DNA of 64,000 nucleotides from Mustelus asterias (Eukaryota): NCBI RefSeq assembly GCF_964213995.1, contig NC_135812.1, positions 76,942,001 to 77,006,000 of the forward strand, read 5' to 3'. Shown piece by piece: positions 35,930 to 48,139 of this stretch (position 1 is its first letter; each line of letters starts with the position of its first letter). The notes under the pieces were generated by a model. It saw only the letters and a program-made list of their open reading frames with translations, ran no database searches and was not told where the DNA came from. The position numbers and the translations under genes were made by a program.

Positions 35930-38262
35930 TAATGCTGAAATACTTAGTGGGTGCTTTGTATCAATGTTTACTAAGAAGAGGGTGACAAAATATTGCTACA
36001 AGTGGAGATGGTAGAGGTAATGGAAGAGGAGAGAATGAATAGACAGGATGTTCTGGCTATGCTTAAAATGGATAAGTCATCTGGTCTGGATAGCTTATAC
36101 CTGGGTTGCTAAAGGAAGACAGAGTGGGGGTCACAGCAGGGTTTCCATAATTTTGGAATCTTCCCTAGATATGGGACAGGTGACAATTGGCAAATGTGAC
36201 AGTATTATTCAAAAAAGGCATCCCAGTAACTGCATCCGGGTGCTCCTTGGAGCAAGGAGGATGCTTGCTGTGAAGACAGAGTGGAGAGGGGGTGTGAGAG
36301 GGAAAAAGAAAGGTGGAGTGAAGGAAGTGGTAAGAGATAGGGATGAAGACAGTGCAAGATAAAGGAGTTGGTGAAGGGGAAGTAAGGTAAAATCTAAAAT
36401 CCGCATTGGCAGACAGTCATTAGTCACTTTGTAGTCAATGAGAGGTTATGCATCTTCTTGAGCTTTCTGCTCATGTATCTTCAGGAACATAAAAGTGGAC
36501 TGTAAAAGCTTCTAAGAAAAAAACAGATTAGTGAAGACAAATGTAGGTCCCTTAGTGCTCAGAAAAGGGAACTGATTATGGAGAACAAAGAAATGGCAGA
36601 GCAATTAAACAACTACTTTAGTTATGTCTTGATGGAGGAAAACACAAATAACTTGCAGAAATGCTAAGTTTTCAAGGGTCCAGTGAGAAGGAGAACTTGA
36701 AGGAAATTAGTATTACTAAAAAAAGAGTGCTGGAGAAATTAATAGGACTGATATCAATAAATCCCCAGGGCCTGATGATCTACATCCTCGGGCACCAAAA
36801 GAAGTGGTTCTAGAAACAGTGGATGCATTAGTTATTATCTTCCAAAATTTTGTAGATTCTGGAACAGTTCCAGCAGGTTGGCAAATGTAACCCCACTTTT
36901 TAAAAGAGGGAGGAGGAAGGCAGGAAATTACAAGCCAGTTACCCTAACGTCAGTAGTCAGAAAATAATAAAGGATGTGATAACAGGACACTTAGAAAATA
37001 TCAATGAGATTAGACAAAGTCAACATAGGGAAATCATGTTTGACAAACCTCCTGGCTTTTTTTGAGGACGTAACTAGTATAATAGATAAGGGGGAACTAG
37101 TGGACATGGTGTATTTGGAATTTCAGATAATTTTGATAAAGTCCCACATAAGAGGTTAGTATGCAGAATTAAAGCTAAAGCACATGAAATTAAAGATAAT
37201 TTATTGGCATGGATTGACAATTATGTGCAAACAGGAATAAAGGAGTGCTTTTCAGAGTGGTAGGTGGTGATTAGTGGGGTATCACAGGGATCAGTGTTTG
37301 GGTCCCAGCTATTCACAATATACAGCAATGCTTTGGATGAAGAAATCACAAGTATTATTTCTGATGATGACACAAAACTAGATGAGATTGAGAGTGGGGA
37401 GGACGATGTAACGAGGCTTCAAGGTGATTTAGAAAAGTTGAGTGGGTGAACAAATATGTGGCAGATGCCGTACAACGTGGGTAAGTGCAAAGTTATCCAT
37501 TTCAGTAGGAAAAACAGAATGGCAGAGTATTACTTAAATGGTGATTGGGAAATATTGATATATAAAGGGACCTGGCTGTTCTTGTACACCACTGAAAGCA
37601 ACTAGGTACATCTAGCAGTTAGGCAGGCAAATGGTATGTTGGCCTTCATTGCAAGTGGATTTGAGTGCCGGAGCAAGGAAGTCTTTCTGCAGCTATACTG
37701 GGCCTAGGTGAGACTGCACCTTGAGTATTGTGTGCAGTTTTGGTCTCCTTACCTAAGCAAGGAGTACTTCCCATAGAGGGAGAATGAAGATTCATCAGAC
37801 TGATTACAAGGATGGCAGGGTTGTTATGAGGAGCAATTGGGTTGACTAGGCCTATATTCACTGGCGTTTAGAAGAATGAGCGGGGATCTCATTGAAACAT
37901 ATAAAATTCTGATAGGGCTGGACAGACTGAATGTAGGGATGATGTTTCCCCTGGCTGGGGGTCTAGAATAAGGGGTCACAGACTCAGGATACAGGGTAAG
38001 CCATTTAGGACTGAGATGAGGAGAAACTTCTTCACTTGGGGGTGGTGAACCATTGGAATTCTCTACCGCAGAAGGCAGTGGAGGCCAAGTCACTGAATAT
38101 ATTTAAGAAATAGATTTCAGGACACTAAAGGCTTTAAGGAGTATGGGGAGAAAGCGAGAGTATGGCTTTGGGACAGCAAATCAGCCATGATATTGAATGG
38201 TGGAGCAGGCTCGATAGGCCGAATGGCCTACCCCTGCTCCTACTTTGAATGTTTGTATGTTT
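35930..38262 (+). mobile_element. Old CR1 LINE fragments (35930-36230 and 36490-38262)
   Basis: [48 protein letters not shown]; tail tgtttgtatgttt. Confidence 0.88.
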
Positions 38263-38274
38263 AGTTTGTGTTAT

Positions 38275-38740
38275 CCACTATGGTGCAAAACCAGACCCAC
38301 CTTGAAGCCCGGGCTTGCCATCATAGGTGGTCCACTGAGCTCTCTTCCCAGCTGTTGAGGTCAAATCCAATCTTCTTCAAATAGTCTTTCAAGGTATCTT
38401 TGAAAATTTTCTGCTTGCTTTCCTCTGATCTTGACCAGTTTAGAGAACTGGGTGCCCTCAGAAGGTATGGATTCAATATTCTGATGCAATAGCCTGTCCA
38501 CTACAGTTGTTGGATGAGCTGGTCATCTCAGTACTCTGGACCCTTGCTTCCTTGAAGACACATGTTCGTATGGCAATTCATCCATTCTTCCGTCAGCAGC
38601 TCTGAAGGTACAGGGCGAGTTTTCTCATATATCGATGATAGGTTACATAGGTTTCACAACCGTACAGGAGGATCAGGAGGACAACTACCCTATAGACTAT
38701 GACTTTTGTGCATGTCCGCAGGTGGTGGTTAGTTTCCAGT
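38275..38740 (-). mobile_element. RTE-clade LINE C-terminal remnant
   Basis: Minus strand reads RSEESKQKIFKDTLKDYLKKIGFDLNSWEE, cf. RTE R..GGQ.KR.KDTLK..LK...ID...WE. Confidence 0.65.
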
Positions 38741-39034
38741 GACTACAGGCCAGTCAGTACTGGATAAGGTTTTTGATACAATAATCAGGGGAAAATGTTA
38801 ACAGGCACTTTGAGAAGTTCAAGGTAACTAAGGTAAGCCAACATGGATTTTTAACAAGCATTGTGCTTGACTAATCTAATTATTTGATAAAATAACAGAG
38901 GGTGTTGACGATAATGCAGTGGATATGGACTATAAGGAAACATTTGACAAAATACCACAGAAAAGGCTGATCATCTCATGAAGCTCATGAAATTGGAGCT
39001 TGAATTAAAAAATAGTTAAAAGAGCAGAAAATGG

Positions 39035-39160
39035 TGGGTGGAATTTTCCTGTCCTGCCTGCCACGGGATTGTAGCAGGCGGGGTCGGATCATGCAAAGGT
39101 CCATTGACCTTGAGCGGGAATTTCCAGCCTTGCAGCAAGCGTGGCCGGAAAATCCTGCTC
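39035..39160. mobile_element. ~125-bp Harbinger-type MITE
   Basis: TIRs gggtggaattttcc...ggaaaatcctgctc; interior as at 9255. Confidence 0.75.
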
Positions 39161-39392
39161 AGTGAGTCAGGGTCACGGGTTATCTTTCAGACTGGGCGGG
39201 GTTTTCCAAGAGTCAGTGGCGCTTTTTATTGATAATTTGATTCACAGATGACTTGGATATTGGAATGCAAATTAAATTGTCAGTAGTTGCTGATTCTACC
39301 AAAATGAAGATGTGGCAAACAGTTAGGGTGATACCAAGCAATTGCAACTGCCAGTGAAGATTTACACTCTTCCTCCCCACCCCCTCCTTCCA

Positions 39393-39700
39393 GCATCGCT
39401 CGCGCACGCTCTCTCTCTTTCCCCCATCGCTCGCACTCTCTCTCTCTCTTCCCCCCATCGCTCGCGCACACTCTCTCTTTCCCCCATCGCTCGCAGCCAC
39501 TCTCTCTCTCTTTTTCCCCCATCACTCGCAGACACTCTCTCTCTCTCTTTCCCCCATCGCTCGCAGACTCTATCTCTCTTCCCATTGCTCGCCTACACTC
39601 TCTCTCTCTTTCCCCCATCGCTCGCAGACACTCTCTCTCTCTTCCCATTGCTCGCTCACACTCTCTTTTCCCCCACCCCTCGCGCACACTCTCTCTCTTC
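39393..39700. repeat. Pyrimidine-rich minisatellite (~30-38 bp) cccccatcgctcgca(ga)cactctctctctttt
   Basis: About 9 copies seen directly. Confidence 0.88.
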
Positions 39701-40210
39701 TAGTAAAATGGTGGATTGGGGAAAACTTGGATCCAAAGTGAATTTACACATGTAGGTAGGGGCATGGTGAAGGTATCAAACAGGTACATTCTGTTTTTAC
39801 CAAGGAAGAAAATACTGCCTAAGTCATAGTTAACAAAGAGGTGTTTGAGATAATTGAGGGGCGAAAGTTTGTCAGGCTGTACTTAAAGTTGCTAAGGCAC
39901 TTGGACCAAGGAGACCGAGGGAAGTAAGGGTGGAAATTGTGAAGGCATTGACCATAATATCATAATCCTTTGATACTGAGGTAGTGCAAAAGGACTGGAG
40001 AGTGTGTAGATATTACATCCCTGTTCAAAAAGGTGTGTCAGGATAAGCACAGTAACTGCAATACCTCAGTGTTGGGGAAATTTAGGAATAATCATTAGGA
40101 AAAAATAAACAGTCACTTGGGCAAAGACAGATTAATTAAGGAAAGTTAGCACGGATTTGTTAAGAACAAATCATGGAATCCTTACTATGCAGAAGAGCCA
40201 TTCAGCCCAG

Positions 40211-40533
40211 GGGCAGCACGGTGGCACAGTGGTTAGCATTGCTGCCTCACAGTGCCAGGGACCCAGGTTCGATTCCTGGCTTGGGTCACTGCCTGTGTGG
40301 AGTTTGCACATTTTTCCCATGTCTGTGTGAGTTTCCTCCGGGTGCTCCAGTTTCCTCCCACAGTCCAATGATGTGCGGGTTAGGTAGATTGGCCATGCTA
40401 AATTGCCCCTTAGTGCCAAGGAGACTAACTAGGGTAAATGTATGGGGTTATGGGGATAGGGCTTGGGTGGGATTGTGGTCGGTGCAGACTCGTTGGGCCG
40501 AATGGCCTCCTTCTGCACTGTAGGATTCTATGA
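40211..40533 (+). mobile_element. HE1-type V-SINE
   Basis: gggcagcacggtggcacagtggttagc...ggttcgattcc...gattctatga. Confidence 0.93.
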
Positions 40534-40539
40534 GTCTGC

Positions 40540-40918
40540 ATCAACTCTCAGAGTTTCTTACTGAGGTTGTCATCCCTGTAACCCCACACATTGACCATGG
40601 CTAATCCATCTAACCATGACATCTAAGAGGCAATTGAGCCTAGCAATGCACCTAAACTGCACATCTTTAGACACTAGGAGGAATCCGGAGCATCCGGAGG
40701 ATCATAGAATCCTTACAGTACAAAAGGAGGCCATTCAGCCCATCGAGTCTGTCCCGACCACAATCCCACCCAGGTCTGATTCCCTCATTTACCTGCTAAT
40801 CCCGCTGACACTAGGGTCAATTTAGCATGGTCAATGAACCTAACCTGCACATCTTTGGACTGTGGGAGGAAACCCATGCAGACACGGGGAGAATGTGCAG
40901 GCTCCACACAGTCACCCA
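40540..40918 (-). mobile_element. Two minus-strand HE1 SINE fragments
   Basis: tcatagaatccttacagt tail complement at ~40701; cacatctttggactgtgggaggaaacc. Confidence 0.8.
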
Positions 40919-42371
40919 TGTTTAACTAACTTGCTTGAGTTTTTTGATGAGGTAACAGGTCATTGAACAGGGTAATGTGGCTGAAATGATGTACATAGAC
41001 TTCCAAAAGGCATTTAATAAAATGCCATGCAGCAGGTTTGTTAGTAAAGTTAGAGCTCATGAAATTAAAGACAACATGATACAAAATTGTCTGAGTGACT
41101 GTAAACACAACAGTGAAGGTTGCATTTTGGACTAAGGAAAGGTTTATAGTGGGATTATAGTGGGACCTCATGAAAAGGTCTGCTTTTCATGATGCATACT
41201 AATGACCTCGACTTGGATGCACAGGGCACAACTTCAAAATTTGCACATGACAACACTTGCAAGATTTGTTAACTGCGAGGAGGATAGCATTAAACTTCAA
41301 GAGGTCTGCACTGGGGTGCTCTTTTGGGCTGTATTAGATTGCAAATGTGGAGTTTGGTGAGAGGGAGTTTAGAGAAGAGGAAAAGAAGTGCTCCTTTTAT
41401 TTTCTACCTTTTCTGACCTTCAGTAGCTGACTCATGCTTTGCTACAGGGGAAGTCCATGAAGCAAGATTTCGGAGAGAGCGAGAAACAAATAATTGGCAG
41501 AGAGAGAGACAGACAGCTGGGGATTTACAGATAAAATCTAAGAGTCACGTTAATATAAGATACTTATCAAGACATCCAACAGGGGATTCAGGAAAGTTCT
41601 TTACTCTCAGATTTGCAAGAATGTGGAACTCACTACGATAGGGAATGGTTGAAGCAAATACTATAGATATATTTAAGGGAAAGCTGGACAAGGAATAAAA
41701 GTTACAATGATAAATTTAGATGAGAAAGAATGTCAAAAGCCTTGAGTGGACTGTACTCGAGATACCACCCATCCCCTTCAATACATGCACACACCCAAAT
41801 ACCAGCACAGGCAGACGTATGCACACACACCCGAAAGACTCACACCCTTATGGGCAGACACAGATGCAGATGCACATCCATGCAGACGCACACCCATGTG
41901 GACAAACATTTGCATGCACAGAAAGTAGGGAAAGGCAACAACTTAATAGCTCACTAACTGTGACCAAGACACTTGCTTTTGTAGGCCTTGACCTCAACTG
42001 AGGCCTATGACAACTTTATTCATGACCTCTTTGCGCCTTCTGGTGTTGCAGTGCTGTTCTCACTCGATTGTCCATGTTGATAATGATGTTCTCCCTCCTG
42101 ATGGTGAGAAAGTTCCCAGCACCCACCAAGTAATGGGCAGAAGCCCTACGGATACACTGCCAGAAAGGGGAAAATCCAGTCAATGAACCTTCATATTTAC
42201 CCACTCCATAGTGCCAGGGAAGACCAGATTGCAGTCAAACAGGTTCCAGCTATGATAAAGAATTCCAAAACCCAATTCCCAGAGATCCAGGTCAATTAGT
42301 AACACCGACAGCAATCCAGCTCTTCACTCCATGAAAATACACCTTGTATACCCATCAAGGGGCATCATGTG

Positions 42372-45190
42372 GATCGATGCTTGGAAGTGTGATGTGGTGG
42401 CCATTACGGAGACTTGGGGACAGGGACAGGACTGGATACTTCAGGTGCCGGGTTTCAGATGTTTCAGAAAGGACAGAGGGAGGCAAAAGATTGGGGGGGG
42501 GGGGGGGGGGGGGGGGGAGAGTGGCACTGCTGATCAGGGATAGTGTCACAGCTGTAGAGAAGGTGGAAGCCGTGGAGGGATTGTCTACGGAGTCTCTGTG
42601 GGTGGAAGTTCAGAGCGGGAAGGGGTCGATAACTCTGCTCGGTGTTTTCTACAGGCCGCCCAATAGTAACAGGGATGTTGAGGAGCAGATAGTGAAACAG
42701 ATCCTGGAGAGATGTAGGAATAACAGGGTTGTCGTGATGGGAGACTTTAATTTCCCAAACATCGATTGGAATATCCCTAGGGTAAGGGGTTTGGATGGGG
42801 AGGAGTTTGTTAGGTGTTTTCAGGAGGGTTTCCTGACACAGCATGTGGATAAGCCTACAAGAGGAGAGGCTGTATTCAATCTGGTACTGGCTAATGAGCC
42901 TGGACTGGTGTCGGATCTCTCAGTGAGGGAGCATCTTGGGAATAGTGATCATAACTCTATCTCCTTTACGCTAGCATTGGAAAGAGATAGGATCAGGCAA
43001 GCTAGGAAAGTGTTTATCTGGAGTAAGGGGAAATATGAAGCCATCAGGCAGGAGATTAGAGGCGTAAATTGGAAGGAGGCATTCTCGAGGAAAAGTACTG
43101 AAGTAAGGTGGCAGATTTTCAAGGAATGTTTGTCTGGAGTTCTGCATGACAACGTTCCGATGAGACAGGGAGGTGTTGGTAGGTTACGGGAACCGTGGTG
43201 CACGAAAGCTGCGCTGAACCTAGTGAGAAAGAAAAGGAAAGCGTACAAAAGGTTCAGAGAGCTAGGCGATGATAGGGATCCAGATGAGTATACGGCTTGT
43301 AGGAAGGGACTTAAGAAAGAAATTAGGAGAGCCAGAAGGGGTCACGAGAAGGCCTTGGCAGGTAAGAAATAAGGAGAACCGTAAGGCGTTCTATAAATAT
43401 GTGAAGAGTAAAAGGATGAGATGTGAAGGAATAGGACCTATAAAAGGTGAAGGTGAGAAAGTCTGTACAGAACCGGAAGAAATAGCAGAGGTGCTTAATG
43501 AATATTTTACCTCGGTATTCATGGTGGAAAAAGACCTGGGTGGTTGTACTACAGGATTGAGGCAGACTGAAAAGATTGAGTATGTGGACATTAAGAAAGA
43601 GGATGTGTTGGAAATTTTGAATAGCATCAAGATAGATAAGTCACCGGGACCAGATGGGATGTACCCCAGGTTACTGTGGGAGGCGAGGGAAGAGATTGCA
43701 GAGCCTCTGGCGATGATCTTTGCATCGTCGATGGAGACGGAAGAGGTTCCGGAGGATTGTGGATGTGGTTCCTATATTCAAGAAAGGGAATAGGGATAGC
43801 CCAGGAAATTACCGACCGGTGAGTCTAACCTCAGTGGTTGGTAAGTTGATGGAGAAGATCCCTGAGGGACAGGATTTATGAACATTTAGAGAAGTTTAGT
43901 ATGCTCAAAAGTAGTCAGCACGGCTTTGTCAAAGGCAAATTGTGCCTTATGAGCCTGGAGGAGCTCTTTGAAAATGTGACTAAACACAGTGACGAAGGAA
44001 AAGCGGTAGATGTGGTTTACATGGACTTCAGCAAGGCGTTCGATAAGGTCCCCCATGCAAGACTTCTCAAGAAAGTGAGAGGGCATGGGATCCAAGGGGC
44101 TGTTGCCTTGTGGATTCAGAACTGGCTTGCCTGTAGAAGACAGAGAGTGGTTGTAGATGGGTCTTTTTCTGAATGGAGGTCGGTCACCAGTGGAGTGCCC
44201 CAGGGATCTGTTCTGGGACCCTTGCTGTTTGTCATTTTCATAAATGACCTGGATGAGGAAGCGGAGGGATGGGTTGGTAAGTTTGCCGACGACACAAAGG
44301 TTGGTGGTGTTGTGGATAGGTTGGAGGGATGTCAGAAGCTGCAGTGTGACATAGATAGGATGCAAGACTGGGTGGAGAAGTGGCAGATGGACTTCAACCC
44401 GGATAAATGTGTAGTGGTCCATTTTGGCAGGTCAAATGGGATGAAGGCGTATAATATCAAGGGTAAGACTCTTAGCAGTGTAGAGGATCAGAAGGACCTT
44501 GGGGTCCGGGTCCATAGGACTCTTAAATCAGCCTCGCAGGTAGAGGAGGTGGTTAAGAAGGCGTATGGTGTGCTGGCCTTCATCAATCGAGGGATTGAGT
44601 TTAGGAGTCGGGAGATAATGATGCAGCTTTATAAGACCCTCGTCAGACCCCACTTGGAGTACTGTGCTCAGTTCTGGTCATTACAGGAAGGATGTGGAAA
44701 TGATTGAAAGGGTGCAGAGAAGATTTACAAGGATGTTGCCTGGATTGGTTGGCATGCCTTATGAGGATAGGCTGAGGGAGCTCGGTCTTTTCTCCTTGGA
44801 GAGACGAAGGATGAGAGGTGACCTGATAGAGGTGTACAAGATGCTGAGAGGTATAGATCGGGTGGATTCTCGGAGGCTTTTTCCCAGGGCTGAAATGGCT
44901 GCTACGAGAGGACACAGGTTTAAGGTGCTGGGGAGTAAGTACAGAGGAGATGTCAGGGGTAAGTTTTTCACTCAGAGGGTGGTGGGTGAGTGGAATTGGC
45001 TGCCGTCAGTGATGGTGGAGGCAAACTCGATAAGGTCTTTTAAGAGACTTCTGGATGAGTACATGGGACTTAATAGGATTGAGGGTTATAGGTAAGCCTA
45101 TATATAGGCCTAGGTAGGTAGGGACATGACCGGCGCAACTTGTGGGCCGAAGGGTCTGTTTGTGCTGTATTTTTTCTATGTTCTATGATT
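42372..45190 (+). mobile_element. Relatively young CR1 LINE ORF2 (EN, RT) with 3' tail
   Basis: DVVAITETW, GVFYRPPNS, VMGDFNFP, GNSDHN, DKSPGPDGMYPR, YMDFSKAFDKVPH, SGVPQGSVLGP, KFADDTK; tail ttctatgttctatga; few disablements. Confidence 0.96.
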
Positions 45191-45334
45191 GTAGGGATTA
45201 CAACATATAACCACTGTAAATACAACAAAATCAATGTTGATATTTTTATTCCTGATTGCATACAGTGTTGTTCATGAACAACTGTGGAACAAGTGACAAG
45301 TGCCAGGAAGGGGTTGAAAGATGGCAGTCCAAAA

Positions 45335-45622
45335 TCTACACTTGTATATTTTAATACTCTCCCAAATTACTTTTGGAAATGTAATCACTGCCATAATGTA
45401 GGAAATACCGACATTAACTTGCATGCAGCAAGCTCCCAAAAACAGCAATATGAACTGGAATAGATAATCTCTTTTAAGTGACATTAGTTGAGGGATGAAT
45501 ATTGGCCTGGACATCAGTGAGAAGTCCCCTTCACTTCTGTGAATATCACAGGACCTTTTACAGCCACTTGAGATGATGGGCTGTTCCTTGGTTTAATGTC
45601 TCAACAGAAAGAGAGCACCTCC
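45335..45622 (-). mobile_element. Deu-domain SINE (SacSINE1-like) remnant
   Basis: tgtaatcactgccataatgtaggaaa...agcaagctcccaaaaacagcaat...ttgagggatgaatattggcc matches the Deu-SINE body in reverse. Confidence 0.7.
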
Positions 45623-45676
45623 AATTAAAGTTCAAGTGAAATCATTCTAACCATCTTCCTTCTCTTACTCCAACAG

Positions 45677-46038
45677 CCAGAGAGAACGAATATTGTTGGC
45701 CTTCTTACTTGCGCTGCAGGAACGGAGAGCGGCTGGACAAAGCCTTTGTGTTCTTAGACACCAACAAGGAAAAAGTCAACTCGTCTGCCAGTTATGAACT
45801 GAGTTCAGCCACGGCTACGCCAGTTCAAGGCGTACACAAGACCCCAGAGCTCACCAGCTCAATAATGAGTGAGGAGTGTGGCATCAAATTCGACATGACA
45901 AACCCTTTCAAAGCCACAACCAATACATTCTGCGTGCAGGTCACCTGCCAGGACACTATTTCCACATCATGTGACTCGCTGAACAGCACCCTTAAATGCC
46001 CACCATTCTTGGCGACCATATGGTCCAGGATCAAGTAG
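45677..46038 (+). CDS. Terminal coding exon of the putative secreted actinoporin/aegerolysin-like protein
   Basis: Branch/pyrimidine tract ttctaaccatcttccttctcttactccaacag|; phase 1 matches the 34364 donor (G+CC=Ala); 119 further open codons RENEYCWPSYLRCRNG...ATPVQGV...IKFDMTNPFKATTNTFCVQV...WSRIK* ; ATTAAA at 46079. Confidence 0.68.
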
Positions 46039-46574
46039 CCCCTCTCATGAAGGACATTGGGCAATGTGTTCACAGTCAATTAAAAATGTAGCATTTTTCC
46101 AAAGTTATTTGGAAAAGGGGTTAAATGAAGACTGTTGTTGGACAGAAGATAGACCTTTGATAAAGTGGGGTCCTCGGAAATATTAGGGACCCCTTGTTTT
46201 ATAGAGAGAGGATGATCTTCTATTTTTTATATGTGATTGTTCTATGTAAGTCTGAGTTCAATGTAATAACATCCATTTTGCCCCTCGAGTTTGCTCCGTA
46301 ATTCAATGAGATAACAGCAGATCTGATTGAGGCCTTCTCCCCATAACCTTTGACTCCCTGTAGATCAAAATATGAGGGCCTCACCCACTTCTCAATTCTA
46401 TTGTGTGTCAAGCCAAGCAGTCAATGTAAGTTAACATCGAAAGGTTGCCAATCAGCCCAGAATTGCCCTGATTAGGAAGGTAAATGAAGGGTTCTTGGTA
46501 ATCCCGAGGAGAATGGAATATAAAAGTAGGAAAGTTTTGCTCCAGTTGTACAGGACATCGGTGAGATCACATTT

Positions 46575-47309
46575 GGGCCTGAATTTTTCAGATGGTGGGG
46601 GCTATCCAAACAGTTGGTAGGGAACGCAACGCCGCACGGCTCCGGGTGCCCCACAGCCATTTTACACTCCAATGAATGTTGAGTGACTGCAGGTGGGACA
46701 CCTGCCCGTCACTTAGGAGGAAGACCCACCTTAGAGATCTGATTGGCTGGCAGCTTTCCAGTCTCTTCAATAGCAGTGCTGCAGTGGACAGAAGTTGTTC
46801 AAGAACACTTTAGGGACCAAGTCCAGGAAAGGGAGGCCCAGGTAGGTTCATGGCATCCTGGGAGGGGAGGGTCTGGAGAGCCACAAATGGGGTCGCTGGA
46901 ATCCTGGGGAAGAGACCAGGACAGGGGATGGATATCTGGAAGCTAATGGACCATAAAAGGGAAGGTGCCCAATTTCAGAAGGGGGCTTCTGATGGAGGCA
47001 TGCTTCCCTGCTTTCTCACCTGAAATGCAACTTTGTTACTTTTGGCTTCCCCCCCCCCAAGAAGGTCCATCTTCCAGCAGCCGAAAAATTGAGGCTGGGC
47101 AGGAAACAGCCTTTAAGTGGCCAATTAATGGCTGCTTAAGGGCCTCAATTGGGGCAAGGATGGGCTTCTCATTCGAAGCCTTGCATGCTCCAGCTTAAAT
47201 TCGTTGCGAGGTCGGAGTGGGCAGGAGCCCAGAGGGAATCCCGTCCCTGCAATTTCCCACTCACTCCTACCCTAAATATCCACCAGCGGGGAGTGTAAAA
47301 TTCTGGCCC
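46575..47309. mobile_element. Non-autonomous Harbinger element (~735 bp)
   Basis: TIRs gggcctgaatttt...aaaattctggccc; GC-rich interior with the near-palindrome ttaagtggccaattaatggctgcttaa. Confidence 0.75.
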
Positions 47310-47311
47310 TC

Positions 47312-47860
47312 GAGTAGTGTGTATATTTTTGGTCTCCTTATTTAAGAAAGGATATAAATGCCTTAGAAGCAATTCAGAGAAAGTTCATTCGATTCCTGGG
47401 ATAAAGTGATTATCTGATGAGGAAAAGTTAGGCTGATATCCATTGGCACTCAGAAGAATGAGAAGTGATCTTATTGAAACACTCAAAGATCCTGAGGGGA
47501 ATTGATAGCGTCGATGCCGAGAGGATGTTTCCCTTTACAGGGGAGAGTAGTGGGTGACACTTCTAAAAATAAGGGGTCTCTCATTTAAGTCGGAAGTGAG
47601 GAGAATGTTTTTTCTCAGAGGATCGTTAGTCTGTGGAATTCTCTTCCTCAGAGCACTGGAAGCAGGGTTATTGAATCATTTTAAGGTTGAGTTAGACAGA
47701 TTCTTGATTGACAAGGGAGTCAAAAGTAAATGGTGGTAGACAGGGAATTAGAGTTGAGGCCACAATCGAATCAGCCAAGACCTTATTAAGTGATGGAGCA
47801 GGCTCGAGGGGCCAAATGGTCCATTCATGCTCCTAATTTGTACGTTTGTATGTTCATATG
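47312..47860 (+). mobile_element. CR1 3' fragment (continuing 46480-46574)
   Basis: tttggtctccttatttaagaaaggatata...ggagcaggctcgaggggccaaatgg...tgtatgttcatatg. Confidence 0.8.
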
Positions 47861-48139
47861 ACCTGGAGTCTGCAAGAATTAAGGATTAATTTCTTGAGTA
47901 CTGCTGCATGCAAACCAAGGGAAACAAAAAGCTGTGGGCATAAAAGATAAAATTGGAGCCGAGGTCAAAAGGGAGCCAGTGAAAAATCATTCAATCAGGC
48001 ACAATAGTCTGCTTGAGTGGTTTAGGGAGGTGGGGACTGTGGGAAAACACATATCAGGTAAACACTGCCAGTAGAGTGCGGGAGGGGCTATTATAGATGA
48101 CTACACTCAAAACACAGGAAAATAATGCCAACTGATATT

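Larger units (their letters stand above)
38780..41720 (+). mobile_element. Highly decayed CR1 fragments interrupted by a MITE, a microsatellite and SINEs
   Basis: Pieces such as gccaacatggattt...tgcttgactaatcta, tacatagacttccaaaaggcattta, aaaatttgcacatgac and tgtggaactcactac. Confidence 0.65.

Noticed and set aside
34112-46038. Four-helix cytokine (CSF1/IL-15-like) identity for the secreted protein
   Set aside because: Only short look-alikes (LDKAFVFL, ECMLNC) were found. The C-terminal half has alternating beta-strand patterns and the phase-1 two-exon layout is unlike the usual phase-0 cytokine exons. It is not formally excluded without structure prediction.
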